From Leptolyngbyaceae cyanobacterium (GTDB lineage Bacteria > Cyanobacteriota > Cyanobacteriia > Phormidesmidales > Phormidesmidaceae): a DNA stretch of 64,000 bases. The notes below the pieces were generated by a model. The model was not told where the DNA came from. It searched no databases and was given only the letters and a program-made list of their open reading frames with translations. This document shows, in pieces, positions 31,428 through 42,348 of the stretch (its first letter is position 1; the number at the start of each line of letters is the position of its first letter). The DNA is taken from positions 224,001-288,000 of the forward strand of contig CBDHHL010000032.1 in NCBI GenBank assembly GCA_965263355.1, written 5' to 3'. The position numbers were made by a program, and so were the translations under genes.

Positions 31428-33182
31428 GTGCTCTACAAAACCGTATTGACTGTGTGCATGTATCGCCCTAAGTTACCTATTATTCTCAATCTATGTTTGG
31501 GTACTGGTTTGTCTACCCTAGCTACTTTTGCTGTAGCTCGCTGGGAACGTGCTAATTATTGCTATCAGTTCCAACGTCAAACCGATGGCCTTAATACTGC
31601 TCTTCAGCGCAGTATTAATCGGTATACTGATTTACTCCTTGCCCTAGGAGACTTTTATACTGTTTCCGAACAAACTGTCTCCCGTGCTGAATTTAATAGT
31701 TTTATTCAAAGGGCACTGACCACCTATTCGGGTATCCAGGCTCTGGAATGGGCTCCAGTAGTCTATGAGCAAAATCGCAACACCTTCGAGGCGACTATCC
31801 AAGCCGAAGGCTATTCCACCTTTCAAATTACCGAACGAGAAAGTCGCGGCGGTCTTACTCGTGCCGCATCCCGACCCTATTACATTCCGGTCACCTATCT
31901 GCAACCCTTAATGGGCAACGAACTTGCCCTCGGCTACGATCTCACTTCCGATCTCACTCGCCGCACCGCCCTTGAAACCGCCCGAGATACTGGTCAAATA
32001 GCAGCCTCGGGTCGGATTCGATTAGTGCAAGAAAACAAAAATCAGTTTGGCTTTCTTGTGTTTTTACCCCTCTACAATGGCCCTACCGTTCCATCGTCTC
32101 AGGCAACACGACGTGAGCAGCTTAATGGGTATCTTTTGGGTGTTTTCCGAGTGTCAGATGTGGTGGAAGAATCTTTAGAGGCATTTAACTACAACATTGA
32201 CTTTACCCTAAGCGATCGCACCGCTCCACCCTCCCAACAATTCCTGGGCAGCTATGATGCCGCTACCCAAACCGTCACGACCCAAGAGACACAGAGCCGC
32301 CAAAAAGTAGTGCAGTGTCATAGTGACCGTACCCAAACCCTTACCACTGGAGGTCGCCAGTGGGCCATCATCTTTACCCCATCCACCAACTACCTGGCTC
32401 TAACTCCCTGGGGGGCTCTATCCACCCTGATCATTGGGTTACTTCTTACCACTATCATTGCCCGCTATCTCGCCCAGGCTCAGGCAGAACTTGCCAGAAC
32501 CCGAGAACTTAGTGAAGCTAAGATTCGCCTCTTTTCCATGGCGTCCCATGAGTTGCGCACACCCCTCAGTACAATTCTTCTCTCCGCCCAAGCGTTAGAA
32601 GCTGATAGCTCAGCGAATAATCATCACCATATCTATGGCCGCATCCGGGCTACTGCCAAGCGGATGAATCAGCTATTGAATGATCTGTTAACCCTATCCA
32701 GGGCTGAGTCTGGCAAACTACAGTTTGAACCGGAAATTGTAAATCTGCCGCAATATTGTCAACAGCTCATAGAGGAAGTTCAGTTTAGTTTCGAAACTGC
32801 GCCAGTGATTAACTTCAGTTCACTCGGTGACTGTCAGAAAGTTTATATTGATCCCCAACTACTGCGGGCAATTTTAACCAATTTACTCTCCAACGCAGTG
32901 AAGTACTCTGAGTCTAATCCCATGGTTAGCTTAGGGCTGTCTTGTAACCAACACCACATCACATTTCAGGTACAAGATCAGGGCATTGGCATTTCCACTG
33001 CGGATCAAGCCCATCTATACGAAGCATTCTATCGTGGAGCTAATGTTGGCAATATAGCAGGGACAGGGCTGGGGTTATCCGTTGTTAATGCCTGTTTACA
33101 GCTGCACCGAGGAAGCCTCACCTGTAATAGCCAGCTAGGCAGAGGAACAACATTTAAGGTGAGCTTGCCCCGCATTGATTAG
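31428..33182 (+). CDS. CHASE-domain sensor histidine kinase
   Basis: TM-CHASE (GIQALEWAP...PVTYLQP...ALGYDL)-TM; H-box ASHELRTPL; HATPase GTGLGL. The start may be 31458. Confidence 0.92.
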   Translation: MLYKTVLTVCMYRPKLPIILNLCLGTGLSTLATFAVARWERANYCYQFQRQTDGLNTALQRSINRYTDLLLALGDFYTVSEQTVSRAEFNSFIQRALTTYSGIQALEWAPVVYEQNRNTFEATIQAEGYSTFQITERESRGGLTRAASRPYYIPVTYLQPLMGNELALGYDLTSDLTRRTALETARDTGQIAASGRIRLVQENKNQFGFLVFLPLYNGPTVPSSQATRREQLNGYLLGVFRVSDVVEESLEAFNYNIDFTLSDRTAPPSQQFLGSYDAATQTVTTQETQSRQKVVQCHSDRTQTLTTGGRQWAIIFTPSTNYLALTPWGALSTLIIGLLLTTIIARYLAQAQAELARTRELSEAKIRLFSMASHELRTPLSTILLSAQALEADSSANNHHHIYGRIRATAKRMNQLLNDLLTLSRAESGKLQFEPEIVNLPQYCQQLIEEVQFSFETAPVINFSSLGDCQKVYIDPQLLRAILTNLLSNAVKYSESNPMVSLGLSCNQHHITFQVQDQGIGISTADQAHLYEAFYRGANVGNIAGTGLGLSVVNACLQLHRGSLTCNSQLGRGTTFKVSLPRID

Positions 33183-33184
33183 GC

Positions 33185-33856
33185 TTAAACCTGCAGTCGA
33201 TATCCCACACCATGAACAGTTTCAATCAATGTCTTTGGTGCGCCAGCAGTCTTTAACTTGTTGCGTAGGCTTTTGATATGAGCTTTCACAGTCTCCTCAT
33301 CCGGTGGACTCTTCATTGACCAAAGAGATTCTAAAATGAACGCTCGGCTCAAGACACGCCGTCCATTACGCATTAATAACTCTAAAATAGAAAACTCTTT
33401 TGGTGTCAGTCGCAATATCTGTCGGTCATAACTGACCTCATAGGTAGTCGGCTCCAAACTCAACTTTCCCCATGACAGGCCAGCCACAGCCTGGGAACTA
33501 CGACGACGCAACAACGCCCGAATTTGAGCCAATAGCTCAGATAGATCAAACGGTTTTACCATATAGGCATCAGCTCCAGCATCTAGACCACGCACTTTAT
33601 CTTGACTAGTATCCCGTGCGGTTAACATCAATACTGGCAGTCCATACCCACGACTACGTAGGCGTTGACAGAACTGAATTCCATCGAGATATGGCAAGGT
33701 AACATCCACGAGCGTCAGATCATAGTCCATCAGCTGCATCTGACTCCAGCCCGCTTCACCATCTTTAACCGTGTCCACCACATAGCGCTGGGCCTCTAAC
33801 ACCTCTGTTAAAGACTCTGCAAGCTGACCATCATCCTCAACCAACAGAAGACGCAT
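33185..33856 (-). CDS. OmpR-family response regulator
   Basis: LLVEDD receiver, KPF motif and winged helix IETVHGVGYRL. Confidence 0.95.
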   Translation of the reverse strand: MRLLLVEDDGQLAESLTEVLEAQRYVVDTVKDGEAGWSQMQLMDYDLTLVDVTLPYLDGIQFCQRLRSRGYGLPVLMLTARDTSQDKVRGLDAGADAYMVKPFDLSELLAQIRALLRRRSSQAVAGLSWGKLSLEPTTYEVSYDRQILRLTPKEFSILELLMRNGRRVLSRAFILESLWSMKSPPDEETVKAHIKSLRNKLKTAGAPKTLIETVHGVGYRLQV

Positions 33857-33975
33857 TACCCATTCCTCGTAAAATAAAGGAAATCTTCCTTATGCAAGGA
33901 TGACTGGAAAATCTGTCTTGTGCTGTGTAATTAATTACACAAATCCATAGCCTATTCCTGCGAAGTTTTGGCCCC

Positions 33976-35319
33976 TTAACGCGGTTGAAGACCGCTATAA
34001 AAACTTGCAGTAGGTAATTCAATACTGAATTGAGTTCCTGCTTCGGGAATAGATTGCACGCTAATAGTTCCTCCATGACTTTCTATAATCTGATAAGTAA
34101 TAGAAAGCCCTAAACCTGTGCCTTTGCCAACTGGTTTCGTCGTAAAAAAGGGATCAAATATTTGCTCATGGATATGGGCCGGAATGCCACTACCATTATC
34201 CTTGATATGAATTCTAATTCGTTGATTGGCTATTAACTCGGTCTGAATCCAGATACGACAAGATTCTTTTTCTACTTGAGTTAAGGCATACTTTTTTTCC
34301 TTTTCTCTTAAGGCATCAATGGCATTGTTCAGCAAATTAATAAAGACTTGATTAATCGCACGGGCAGAACAGTAGATTAGGGGAAGCTTACCATAGTTTT
34401 TAATCACCTCAATTTCGGCATGGTGCTTGTTTGCTTTAAGGCGATTTTGTAAAAACATTAGAGTAGCTTCTAAACCCTCATGAATATCGACATACTTGAA
34501 TTCTGTTTCGTCGAGTCGGGAAAAACTCCGCAGGGACTTCACAATTTCCCCAATGCGATTGGTCCCTGTATCCATGGAGTATAGTAATTTATCAATATCT
34601 TGCTCTAGAAATTCCAAATCTAATGCGGCTATTTTGTCTTGGATGACCTGGCTGGGTTGAGGATATTCCCGTTGGTACAAATGAATAAGATCGAGAATAT
34701 CAGTATAATATTCTCTTGCATGGGGGAGATTACCCCGAATAAAACTGATGGGATTATTAATTTCATGGGCAATGCCTGCAACCAGTTGTCCGAGCCCCGA
34801 CATCTTTTCTGTCTGAACTGTATCAAGGGCTGTGCGTAGTTTGAGCAGCGTTTGCTTTAGGGTTTCGTTAGATTGTGCCAGTTCGACTTGAATCTTTTGT
34901 CGCTGTTGAATTTCTTTGCTTAAGGCATGGATCTTTTGATTCAACACAGTAAATTTACTGCCATCTCGTTTTTCTAAACGTAACAAAAGAATAGCGGAGC
35001 TCTCGGGAGATCGCGGTTGAACAACCCCCCCCTGGCTCCGACAAATAATCTCCTTTCCCTTATCGTTAAAAAACGTTAATGTTCCCAAAATCATTTGGCG
35101 ACTTTGGGAACAAGCTTGAAGATAGTTTCTGAGTTCCGAATCGTTTTCCTCCGAATCTGATACCAGATCAACCAGATTCTGACCAGTCAATTTACTACTT
35201 GTCTGGTTTAAAAGCTTCGCTGTAGCACGATTGACCGCTAAAATTTCACCCGCGTTTGTTATTAACAATAAAGGTTCTGGCAAAACCCGAGCAAATATTA
35301 GGAATTGATCTGGTGTCAT
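33976..35319 (-). CDS. PAS-domain sensor histidine kinase
   Basis: N-terminal PAS, AGIAHEINNP and DPFFTTKPVGKGTGLGL. Confidence 0.92.
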   Translation of the reverse strand: MTPDQFLIFARVLPEPLLLITNAGEILAVNRATAKLLNQTSSKLTGQNLVDLVSDSEENDSELRNYLQACSQSRQMILGTLTFFNDKGKEIICRSQGGVVQPRSPESSAILLLRLEKRDGSKFTVLNQKIHALSKEIQQRQKIQVELAQSNETLKQTLLKLRTALDTVQTEKMSGLGQLVAGIAHEINNPISFIRGNLPHAREYYTDILDLIHLYQREYPQPSQVIQDKIAALDLEFLEQDIDKLLYSMDTGTNRIGEIVKSLRSFSRLDETEFKYVDIHEGLEATLMFLQNRLKANKHHAEIEVIKNYGKLPLIYCSARAINQVFINLLNNAIDALREKEKKYALTQVEKESCRIWIQTELIANQRIRIHIKDNGSGIPAHIHEQIFDPFFTTKPVGKGTGLGLSITYQIIESHGGTISVQSIPEAGTQFSIELPTASFYSGLQPR

Positions 35320-35350
35320 GAAGATGAGCGATTTAGGCTAAAGTTTTTAC

Positions 35351-35887
35351 CTAAGCTTTAAAGTATTCTTGCCCAGCAAAGTCATCGGATGATTCATCTG
35401 GTTTGAGATAGACCACTACTCTGCATTCGCTGGCCCCTTTCGCAATAGTATCTTGTAATTCGACTCTGGCATAACCTAAATTATCAGCGGCAATCGCCCC
35501 AAAAATATTCGATGTCATTACGCACATTGCTTCCCGTCCTTCTATTTGTTCAGCAAACGGACATTTGCGATTACCCAAAACAATCTTGTCATCACTTTCC
35601 TCAATGACAAAAAAATCTCCTTCAATGCGACGTTTCCAATCCACTAAGACCGCTGTAACCTGTTCTCGTGATAGATTAGATAACTGAAATGCTTTATGGT
35701 AGATGTCATTGACGTGCTGTCCAGTGCGGTAACCGACAACATTCAAAAAACCAGCTGCTTCTTCAATGCCAACGATTTCCTGTAAGGTGCCTGCCAGTTC
35801 CCGAATCATTGTGCGTAAAAATTGATCCCGTTCAATGGGTAAATCCAGGGATTTAAGCTGCTCACTTACTGAGATTGTTTGTGTCAT
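35351..35887 (-). CDS. Methanogen output domain 1 (MetOD1/V4R-like) protein
   Basis: RDQFLRTMIRELAG.L...VLVDWKRRIEGDF...CPF...MCVMTSNIFG.IAA.NLGYARV...TIA.G...CRVVVYL. Confidence 0.8.
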   Translation of the reverse strand: MTQTISVSEQLKSLDLPIERDQFLRTMIRELAGTLQEIVGIEEAAGFLNVVGYRTGQHVNDIYHKAFQLSNLSREQVTAVLVDWKRRIEGDFFVIEESDDKIVLGNRKCPFAEQIEGREAMCVMTSNIFGAIAADNLGYARVELQDTIAKGASECRVVVYLKPDESSDDFAGQEYFKA

Positions 35888-36353
35888 AGTAATTGAAGTT
35901 CCTTTATTTTCGATGATTTGCTGCAGCCAATACGCCTGAGTCATATGGGTTCCCAAGGAATGCGAAACTGCACCAGTTCTGTAAGGCTCCGATACTCCTG
36001 AGGCAGGGCTTTATGCTACTGCTAAAATGCCCTTGAAGAGGGGGATTCCATCACTTGCTGCCCATCCCAATTTGAGTGTCTTATCTCATACTCCTTGGAG
36101 TGACACCTACGCTATCAAAGATAGCTAAACCCATATGCCATAGGAGACTTCAACCTGGTTAACTGGCTGCGAAGAATTAAGCATTTCTTCGTTAGAATCC
36201 CCTAGACAACCATATAAAGAAAATAAAGAAACACCATTTTTTGATGACCACCCAGGATACGTCTGAGAATAAAGCGATTTCGCTTGTCAGCGGCAGTGGA
36301 TTTTGGAGTAACCCAGGTGGTTAATGAAAACTGGGGTGACGATCTCTGAGAGA

Positions 36354-37886
36354 TTATTTTTCAATGCGGGTAAAGCGCTCAATGGGTAGCGGTTGAGCCA
36401 TGGCCTTTTGGTAAGTAGCCTCAATGGCAGGCATAAGGCGTTCGGCCTGACGGTAGAGTTCTGCTCGTTCGGGTTCATACTCGGTGAGCAGGTCCTGCAG
36501 TTCGCTCAGCAGTGCTGATTCATCGACGGTCAGCACAGTGCCGTCTTCTACCACCAGTTGGCCATTGATAAATACCTTACGAATCGACGTACCGTGCTCA
36601 GCGTAGACCAAATGAATGGGCAAATCACCACGAGGAATAAAGCTGGTGGTATTGAGATCGTAAAGAACGCAGTCGGCCTTGAACCCCGGTGCGATCGCAC
36701 CCACCTGATCCTGCAATAGCGCCGACCTGGCCCCCCCGTAGGTGCTCCACTTCAGTACATCCCGAGCACGGGGATAGCGAGAATAGTCGGGATGGGTAAC
36801 AGAATGAACCTGCCCGGCCATCTTCAACACATCAAACATATTGAAAGAATCATTGGAACTCATGCCATCCGACCCGAGGGCAATGTTCACTCCGGCATCC
36901 ATCAGCTGACGAATGGGGGCAATGCCACTGCACAGACGGTGGTTACTCACCACGTTATGGATGACCGTAGCCCCAGCTTCTGCAATCATTTCCACATCTT
37001 GATCCGTTAGCCAGATGCCGTGGGCAATGGCAGTGCGGTGGGTAAGAATACCGTGTTTTTTGCCATAGCTCACCACTGTCTCGCCGGGACCGTAAAACTC
37101 AAACCCCGTCACCGCCTGGGTTTTGGTTTCTAGCATATGGGTGTGGATAGGAATATCGAGAGATTCTGACAGGTCACCGATCTGATGCATCAGATCGGGT
37201 GTCACCCGTTGGGGAGCAGAGGGGGCCAGGGCCAGGGTCATTAGCCCTTCCTTACCGTGCCAGTCAGCGTAGAACGCCTTGAACAAGGAGAGCCAGGTGT
37301 CATCATCCAGCCCTGCCAAGGCATCCAGGTCCTGCCTCACATCATTGGGCAAGAATTCGTCCAGGTAGGGAATGGTTTTGTATAGGGGCAGGTTAATCAC
37401 ATGGTGGGTGAGGCTAACCCGCAAACCAATGTCCACATAGGCCTGTGCCACCGCTGCAAAAATTTCCGGGGTAATATAAGGCAACTCAATTAGATCATCC
37501 TGAATGGTAGTCGCGCCGGACTTGACCATTTCCAGGGCTCCCAACATGGTGCGCAGATAACACATGCGTGGACTGAGATGCTTTCCCTTGAGGGGAGGGT
37601 AGGTATACAACATCCAAGCTTCTAACGGTAGGGCTTCATAGCGACCCTTCTCTAAAATCTCAACGGAGTGGGCATGGGCATTGACAAAACCAGGTACCAG
37701 CAGATGATTGTGGGCATCAATTATCTGCATGGGCTCAGGCCCTAACTCAATTTGGTCCGCTACTTCAACAATCTGATCCCCCACAATCAGAACATCTTGA
37801 ACGCGCGTGTGTAAATCTAACGCCCCATCCGGTTGCAGAGTGAAGGGCATGACGGTTGCCTGTTTAATTAAATATCGAGTAGTCAT
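36354..37886 (-). CDS. Metal-dependent amidohydrolase (AtzA/TrzN/deaminase-like)
   Basis: HxH (NAHAH), HxxE (HMLE), AHG and GSDG motifs. Confidence 0.88.
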   Translation of the reverse strand: MTTRYLIKQATVMPFTLQPDGALDLHTRVQDVLIVGDQIVEVADQIELGPEPMQIIDAHNHLLVPGFVNAHAHSVEILEKGRYEALPLEAWMLYTYPPLKGKHLSPRMCYLRTMLGALEMVKSGATTIQDDLIELPYITPEIFAAVAQAYVDIGLRVSLTHHVINLPLYKTIPYLDEFLPNDVRQDLDALAGLDDDTWLSLFKAFYADWHGKEGLMTLALAPSAPQRVTPDLMHQIGDLSESLDIPIHTHMLETKTQAVTGFEFYGPGETVVSYGKKHGILTHRTAIAHGIWLTDQDVEMIAEAGATVIHNVVSNHRLCSGIAPIRQLMDAGVNIALGSDGMSSNDSFNMFDVLKMAGQVHSVTHPDYSRYPRARDVLKWSTYGGARSALLQDQVGAIAPGFKADCVLYDLNTTSFIPRGDLPIHLVYAEHGTSIRKVFINGQLVVEDGTVLTVDESALLSELQDLLTEYEPERAELYRQAERLMPAIEATYQKAMAQPLPIERFTRIEK

Positions 37887-37923
37887 AGCGGTTGTTAATT
37901 ATCAACTTTACAGAGATTGTTTT

Positions 37924-38739
37924 CTAAGATTGCGTCGGTTTGTTCAACAACATCGGAATCAACAATAATTCCACTCCTACCAGCAACAGTATGGAAAGCA
38001 AAAACACCAGGGTGCCGATGGCGTTGAGGGATGGCGACAGATTAGACCCCAAAAAGTTATAGATGGACACGGGCAACGTTGGCTCAAAGCCTGATACGAA
38101 CCAGGCAATGACAAATTCATCAAAGGAAAAGGTAAATGCCAACAGAAACGCACCGGCAATACCGGGAACCGCCCAGGGTAAAACCACTCGCCAGAGGGCC
38201 TGCCATTCTGTTGCCCCTAAATTCCAGGCGGCTTGCTCAATAGCTTTAGGCATCTGCATTAGACGCAGGGTGATAAGCGCGATCGCAGTGGGCAACAAAA
38301 TCACCACATGGGTGATCAAAATGCTATAAAGCTGCCCCTGCAAATTGACCCGAGACAACAGCCCCAGAAACGCCACCCCCAAAATTAATGGCGGCACGAG
38401 AATGGGCACAATCAACAGAATGCTCAGGGCTTTCTTGCCACGAAACTCAAAGCGATTTAGGGCATAGGCACCAAAGAATCCAATCAGGGTAGCGATAGCT
38501 GCTGCCAGGGGCGACACCAACAAACTCGCCTTTAGGGCCTGAATTAAGGTACCATCGGTAAACAGTTCCTGGTACCAGCTCCAGGTCCACCCCGTCCAGG
38601 GTAGGGTGGGGAAGCGAGAGTTTTCAAAGGAAAAGAGCACCAGGGTAAGAATGGGCAACATCAGCAAGCCATAACCTAGTATCAGATAAATCCAGCCTGC
38701 TACCGTTAGTACCTGAGCTGAGAACGATTTAGCCGCCAT
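37924..38739 (-). CDS. ABC transporter permease (PotC-like)
   Basis: EQAAWNLGA EAA loop; SFDEF. Confidence 0.9.
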   Translation of the reverse strand: MAAKSFSAQVLTVAGWIYLILGYGLLMLPILTLVLFSFENSRFPTLPWTGWTWSWYQELFTDGTLIQALKASLLVSPLAAAIATLIGFFGAYALNRFEFRGKKALSILLIVPILVPPLILGVAFLGLLSRVNLQGQLYSILITHVVILLPTAIALITLRLMQMPKAIEQAAWNLGATEWQALWRVVLPWAVPGIAGAFLLAFTFSFDEFVIAWFVSGFEPTLPVSIYNFLGSNLSPSLNAIGTLVFLLSILLLVGVELLLIPMLLNKPTQS

Positions 38740-38743
38740 GCCT

Positions 38744-39652
38744 CTATTCCTCCACCGTTGAAAACTGTAAGCCCGCCGCCAGAATTACCACCATAATCCC
38801 AATCAACAATGTGGCCAGAGCCGAAGTGCGAGGCAGATTAGTAGAAGCCGCATATTCGTTAAAAATGACCGTCGAGAATAGCGGAAATGAGCCCAAAATT
38901 GACTTGCCCGTGCCCCCGCCGAGGATAATGCCTGAGAGCACATCGCCCAAGCTGATAATGGAACCGAAGACCGCACTGTACACCAGCCCTGGTTTACTCA
39001 AGGGCAGCAGTACTCGCCAGAATGTTTGCCAAGTGGTGGCTCCCAGGTTTTTAGAAGCATTTAGTAGTGTGACATCAATATTGCGGACCACCAAATACAA
39101 AATCAAGATCATGATGGGTGCCAGATAGTGGAGCAGCCCTACGCGGGTACCCACCTGGGTAAAGATGATCTGCAGGGGGGTGTCAATCCAACCGAGTTTT
39201 ATCAGTAAGGTATTGAGCAACCCGTTGGTGTTGATCACCGTTTGCCAGGCATAGAGTCGCAGAATGTAGCTGGTCCAGAAGGGGGCAATGGCTAGCACCA
39301 GGGCAAAGCGCTGTAGCGATAATGGCACCACAAAGGCCAATGCCAGGGCAAAGGGGTAACACAGCAACAGCCCCAGCAGGGTAGTGGTGGTAGCAACCCA
39401 GAGAGATTGAGCGATCGCAAACGCATACCGCGACCGGCTAAAAAACTGACTAAAAATGTCGATATAGTTTGTCAGGGAAAATCCCGGCACCGGCTGATAA
39501 TTTTCTACGGTCCAGAAACCAATCCAGATTAGAAATAACAGGGGCAACAGAAAAAATAAACTGTCGTAGATAATGACGGGAGCGAGACAAACATACTTCA
39601 ACAGGCTTGCCTCGTCAGGCGTCCAACTGGTTTTAGGACGGCTCAGACGCAT
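38744..39652 (-). CDS. ABC transporter permease (PotB-like)
   Basis: PFWTSYILRLYAW; ASKNLGA...LPLSKPG. Confidence 0.9.
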   Translation of the reverse strand: MRLSRPKTSWTPDEASLLKYVCLAPVIIYDSLFFLLPLLFLIWIGFWTVENYQPVPGFSLTNYIDIFSQFFSRSRYAFAIAQSLWVATTTTLLGLLLCYPFALALAFVVPLSLQRFALVLAIAPFWTSYILRLYAWQTVINTNGLLNTLLIKLGWIDTPLQIIFTQVGTRVGLLHYLAPIMILILYLVVRNIDVTLLNASKNLGATTWQTFWRVLLPLSKPGLVYSAVFGSIISLGDVLSGIILGGGTGKSILGSFPLFSTVIFNEYAASTNLPRTSALATLLIGIMVVILAAGLQFSTVEE

Positions 39653-39654
39653 GG

Positions 39655-40797
39655 CTAACTCCTTTCCCCCAGTAGAACGGTATCTTGGGTGCGCCAGGAG
39701 AGAAAGAGTGACCCATTGATGGGAATATCCAGACTCTGGCTAAAGGACTCTTGGCGAATCACCTGTACTTCATAGCCAGGGTTGGTTTCTAACAAATAAA
39801 TTACCTGAGAACCAAGAAATTCTCGTCCCCGCAGTGTGGCTTGAATGCTATTCCCTAACGCACCTGGTTGGTCAGCAAGGGTCATGCGGTCCGCTGGTAC
39901 CACTACCGTAACCTTGTCGCCTGGGGCATGGGGTTTGTCCGAAAGAGTGTGTAGTTTACCCTGGGGGCACTGCACCGTGACAATGGTGCCATTCATGTCT
40001 GTTACCTGGCCATCGAACAGATTGTTGTTGCCGACAAATTCCGCTACAAAGTGGGTGGCAGGCTGGTTGTAGATATCTGCTGGGGTGCCCACCTGCTCAA
40101 TGCGTCCCCCGTTCATCACTACAATCCGATCTGCCATGGAAAAGGCTTCGTTTTGGTTATGGGTGACGTAAAAGAAGGAAATCTCTAAGGACTGTTGCAG
40201 TCGCTTTAGCTCTCCCTGCATTCTCACCCGCAGGTGGGGGTCGAGGGCACTCATGGGCTCATCCAGCAATAGGATGGGAGGTTCGGTGATTAAGGCTCGG
40301 GCGATCGCAACCCGCTGCTTCTGCCCACCGCTGAGTTGGCTAATGCGTCGGTCGAGTAATTCTTCCAGGTGCATCAGGGTCGCCATCCGCTGTACTTTTT
40401 GCCGCACCTCTGCTTTGCGATGTTTACCCAGGGTAAGGCCAAAGGCAATATTTTTTCGCACATTTAAGTGGGGAAACAGGGCAAAATTCTGCCACACCAT
40501 GGGTGTATTGCGACGATTCACAGGACGCTGGGTGATCTCTTGTCCTTGCAAAACAACAGATCCAGCCGCAATCCCCTCCAGTCCAGCAATAATCCGCAGC
40601 AGTGTAGTTTTACCGCAGCCGCTTGGTCCCATAATGGCGACAAATTCCCCCTGCCTGACGGTCAGGTTAATGTCATACAGAACCTGCTGCTGACCGTAGA
40701 ACTTTGAAATCTGTCGCAGTTTTAGATCCTGAGTAACCTCAGGTACTGTATCCGCCTTAGGAGGAGCCGTGGTTGTGGAGGAGACCGGTTGATTCAT
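39655..40797 (-). CDS. ABC transporter ATPase (PotA-like, with TOBE)
   Basis: GPSGCGKTT, LSGGQKQR, LLDEP. Confidence 0.93.
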   Translation of the reverse strand: MNQPVSSTTTAPPKADTVPEVTQDLKLRQISKFYGQQQVLYDINLTVRQGEFVAIMGPSGCGKTTLLRIIAGLEGIAAGSVVLQGQEITQRPVNRRNTPMVWQNFALFPHLNVRKNIAFGLTLGKHRKAEVRQKVQRMATLMHLEELLDRRISQLSGGQKQRVAIARALITEPPILLLDEPMSALDPHLRVRMQGELKRLQQSLEISFFYVTHNQNEAFSMADRIVVMNGGRIEQVGTPADIYNQPATHFVAEFVGNNNLFDGQVTDMNGTIVTVQCPQGKLHTLSDKPHAPGDKVTVVVPADRMTLADQPGALGNSIQATLRGREFLGSQVIYLLETNPGYEVQVIRQESFSQSLDIPINGSLFLSWRTQDTVLLGERS

Positions 40798-40821
40798 GAA
40801 CCTGGAAAGATATACTAATCA

Positions 40822-40910
40822 TCCCCTCTCGGGAGGGGGGTCGTAGGCGGGGTGGGTTTCGATCGCTTGCGCCAATGGTCACCCACCCCGCTGCCCCTCC
40901 CAGGAGGGGA
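40822..40910. repeat. GC-rich palindromic intergenic repeat (SDR/REP-like)
   Basis: TCCCCTCTCGGGAGGGG ... GCGGGGTGGGT / ACCCACCCCGC ... CCCCTCCCAGGAGGGGA nested inverted repeats between the SBP and ATPase genes. Confidence 0.7.
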
Positions 40911-40921
40911 AAAGAACCCTT

Positions 40922-42145
40922 CTAACTGGTCTTAAACTCGTTGTAGAAATCCTGCCAGGCTTGCTCGGGCTGGTTCACCGGCAATTGACGGGCACGAGTG
41001 CGCTCTAGCTGCATATCCACAATGGTTTTACCAGCATTGTCAGGATCGGGAATATAGCCCAGTAGGGTCTTCTCAACATCACTCAGGTGCTCAATAGCCT
41101 TAAGGTTAGGAGCCAGTCCTTTGTAGGCCTTAGCATTGGCCAGACGTGCCTGGACCTCGGGGGTGCTCATGTATTTAACCCATTCCAGGGCCAGTTCTGG
41201 ATTCTTACTGTCAGCTGCCACCGTTGCTCCTTCGCTCCAGCGGATTGCACCTTCCTTGGGTACTACAGCGGCGAATTGAGATTGGCCATCTGCGATCGCA
41301 TTTTGAATCAGCCAGTCCCCCACCGGACCTGCGATAACACTCTCATTAATAAAGGCATTGGTGATGTCCTGAATATTGGGAGTAATCAGCGCCACATTGG
41401 GCTTAAGTTTCACCATCCAATCCTTCACCTGCACCAGTTGCTCATCTGTCAGGTCATAGGGGTTAGGATTATCGGGGAAGAGGGCCAGACTGGCATTCCC
41501 CATATTCGGTAGATACCAGTCAAAAAAGGCCAGTTTTCCCTGTAGATCTTCCCGTGCCATTATGTCCCAGCTAGTGACTTCTTCGGGTTTAATAAACTTG
41601 GTGTTGAAGGCGATACCGTAGTTACCAAAGCGAGTACCCACCGCCATCAGCTGGTCTCCCTGATAAAAACCAGGAAACTCTTTGTATACACTGTTGTAGT
41701 CAGCCAGGGTATCAAAGTCAGCGGCATTTAACTGAGAAATTGCCCCTATTTCCACCAGCTTGACCACATATTCCCCGTCGGAGATAATGCCATCGAAGGT
41801 ACCCGGTGGCGACTGGTTAAAGAACTGGAGCATCTGCTCGCCGCCCACATAGGTCTTAAACTCTACCGTCACGCCCATCTTTTCTTCAAAGGGACCAATA
41901 ATCTCCGGTTCGTCGTAGCCTGCCCAAGACAAAATCCTTAAGGTATTTCCACCATCTGCGGCTGCTTTAGCATCAGGTTCTGCCGTACCAGGTTCTGCCG
42001 TCTCTGTTCCTGAAGCACAACTAGCCAATTTAGTCGCAGCTAACGCGCCAGCCCCTAAGGACGCATAGCGGATAAATCGCCGCCGAGAGAGGGCGTGAAA
42101 GTACATCTCTCGGCCAGTAATCAGGGGGTTATGTCGCTGGTTCAT
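40922..42145 (-). CDS. PotD/PotF-like substrate-binding lipoprotein (Tat signal)
   Basis: SRRRFIR twin-Arg, LASC lipobox, LSWAGYD and PKEGA.RWSE motifs. Confidence 0.88.
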   Translation of the reverse strand: MNQRHNPLITGREMYFHALSRRRFIRYASLGAGALAATKLASCASGTETAEPGTAEPDAKAAADGGNTLRILSWAGYDEPEIIGPFEEKMGVTVEFKTYVGGEQMLQFFNQSPPGTFDGIISDGEYVVKLVEIGAISQLNAADFDTLADYNSVYKEFPGFYQGDQLMAVGTRFGNYGIAFNTKFIKPEEVTSWDIMAREDLQGKLAFFDWYLPNMGNASLALFPDNPNPYDLTDEQLVQVKDWMVKLKPNVALITPNIQDITNAFINESVIAGPVGDWLIQNAIADGQSQFAAVVPKEGAIRWSEGATVAADSKNPELALEWVKYMSTPEVQARLANAKAYKGLAPNLKAIEHLSDVEKTLLGYIPDPDNAGKTIVDMQLERTRARQLPVNQPEQAWQDFYNEFKTS

Positions 42146-42348
42146 GGGCGTCTCCTAACACAAACAGGCGTAATCATCAAATGTTAAGGAAAAGCACGTA
42201 TTCAAAGAGTGACTTTTAATACAAACATCAAGGGTCTCAGCTAATTTACAGAAAGATAAAACAATAGGCACTAAAAATGCCTAACGCCACGTAAGGCAAT
42301 TGAACGTAAATAAAATCCCCAGCAAGATTCTGTTACACAACTTTCTCT

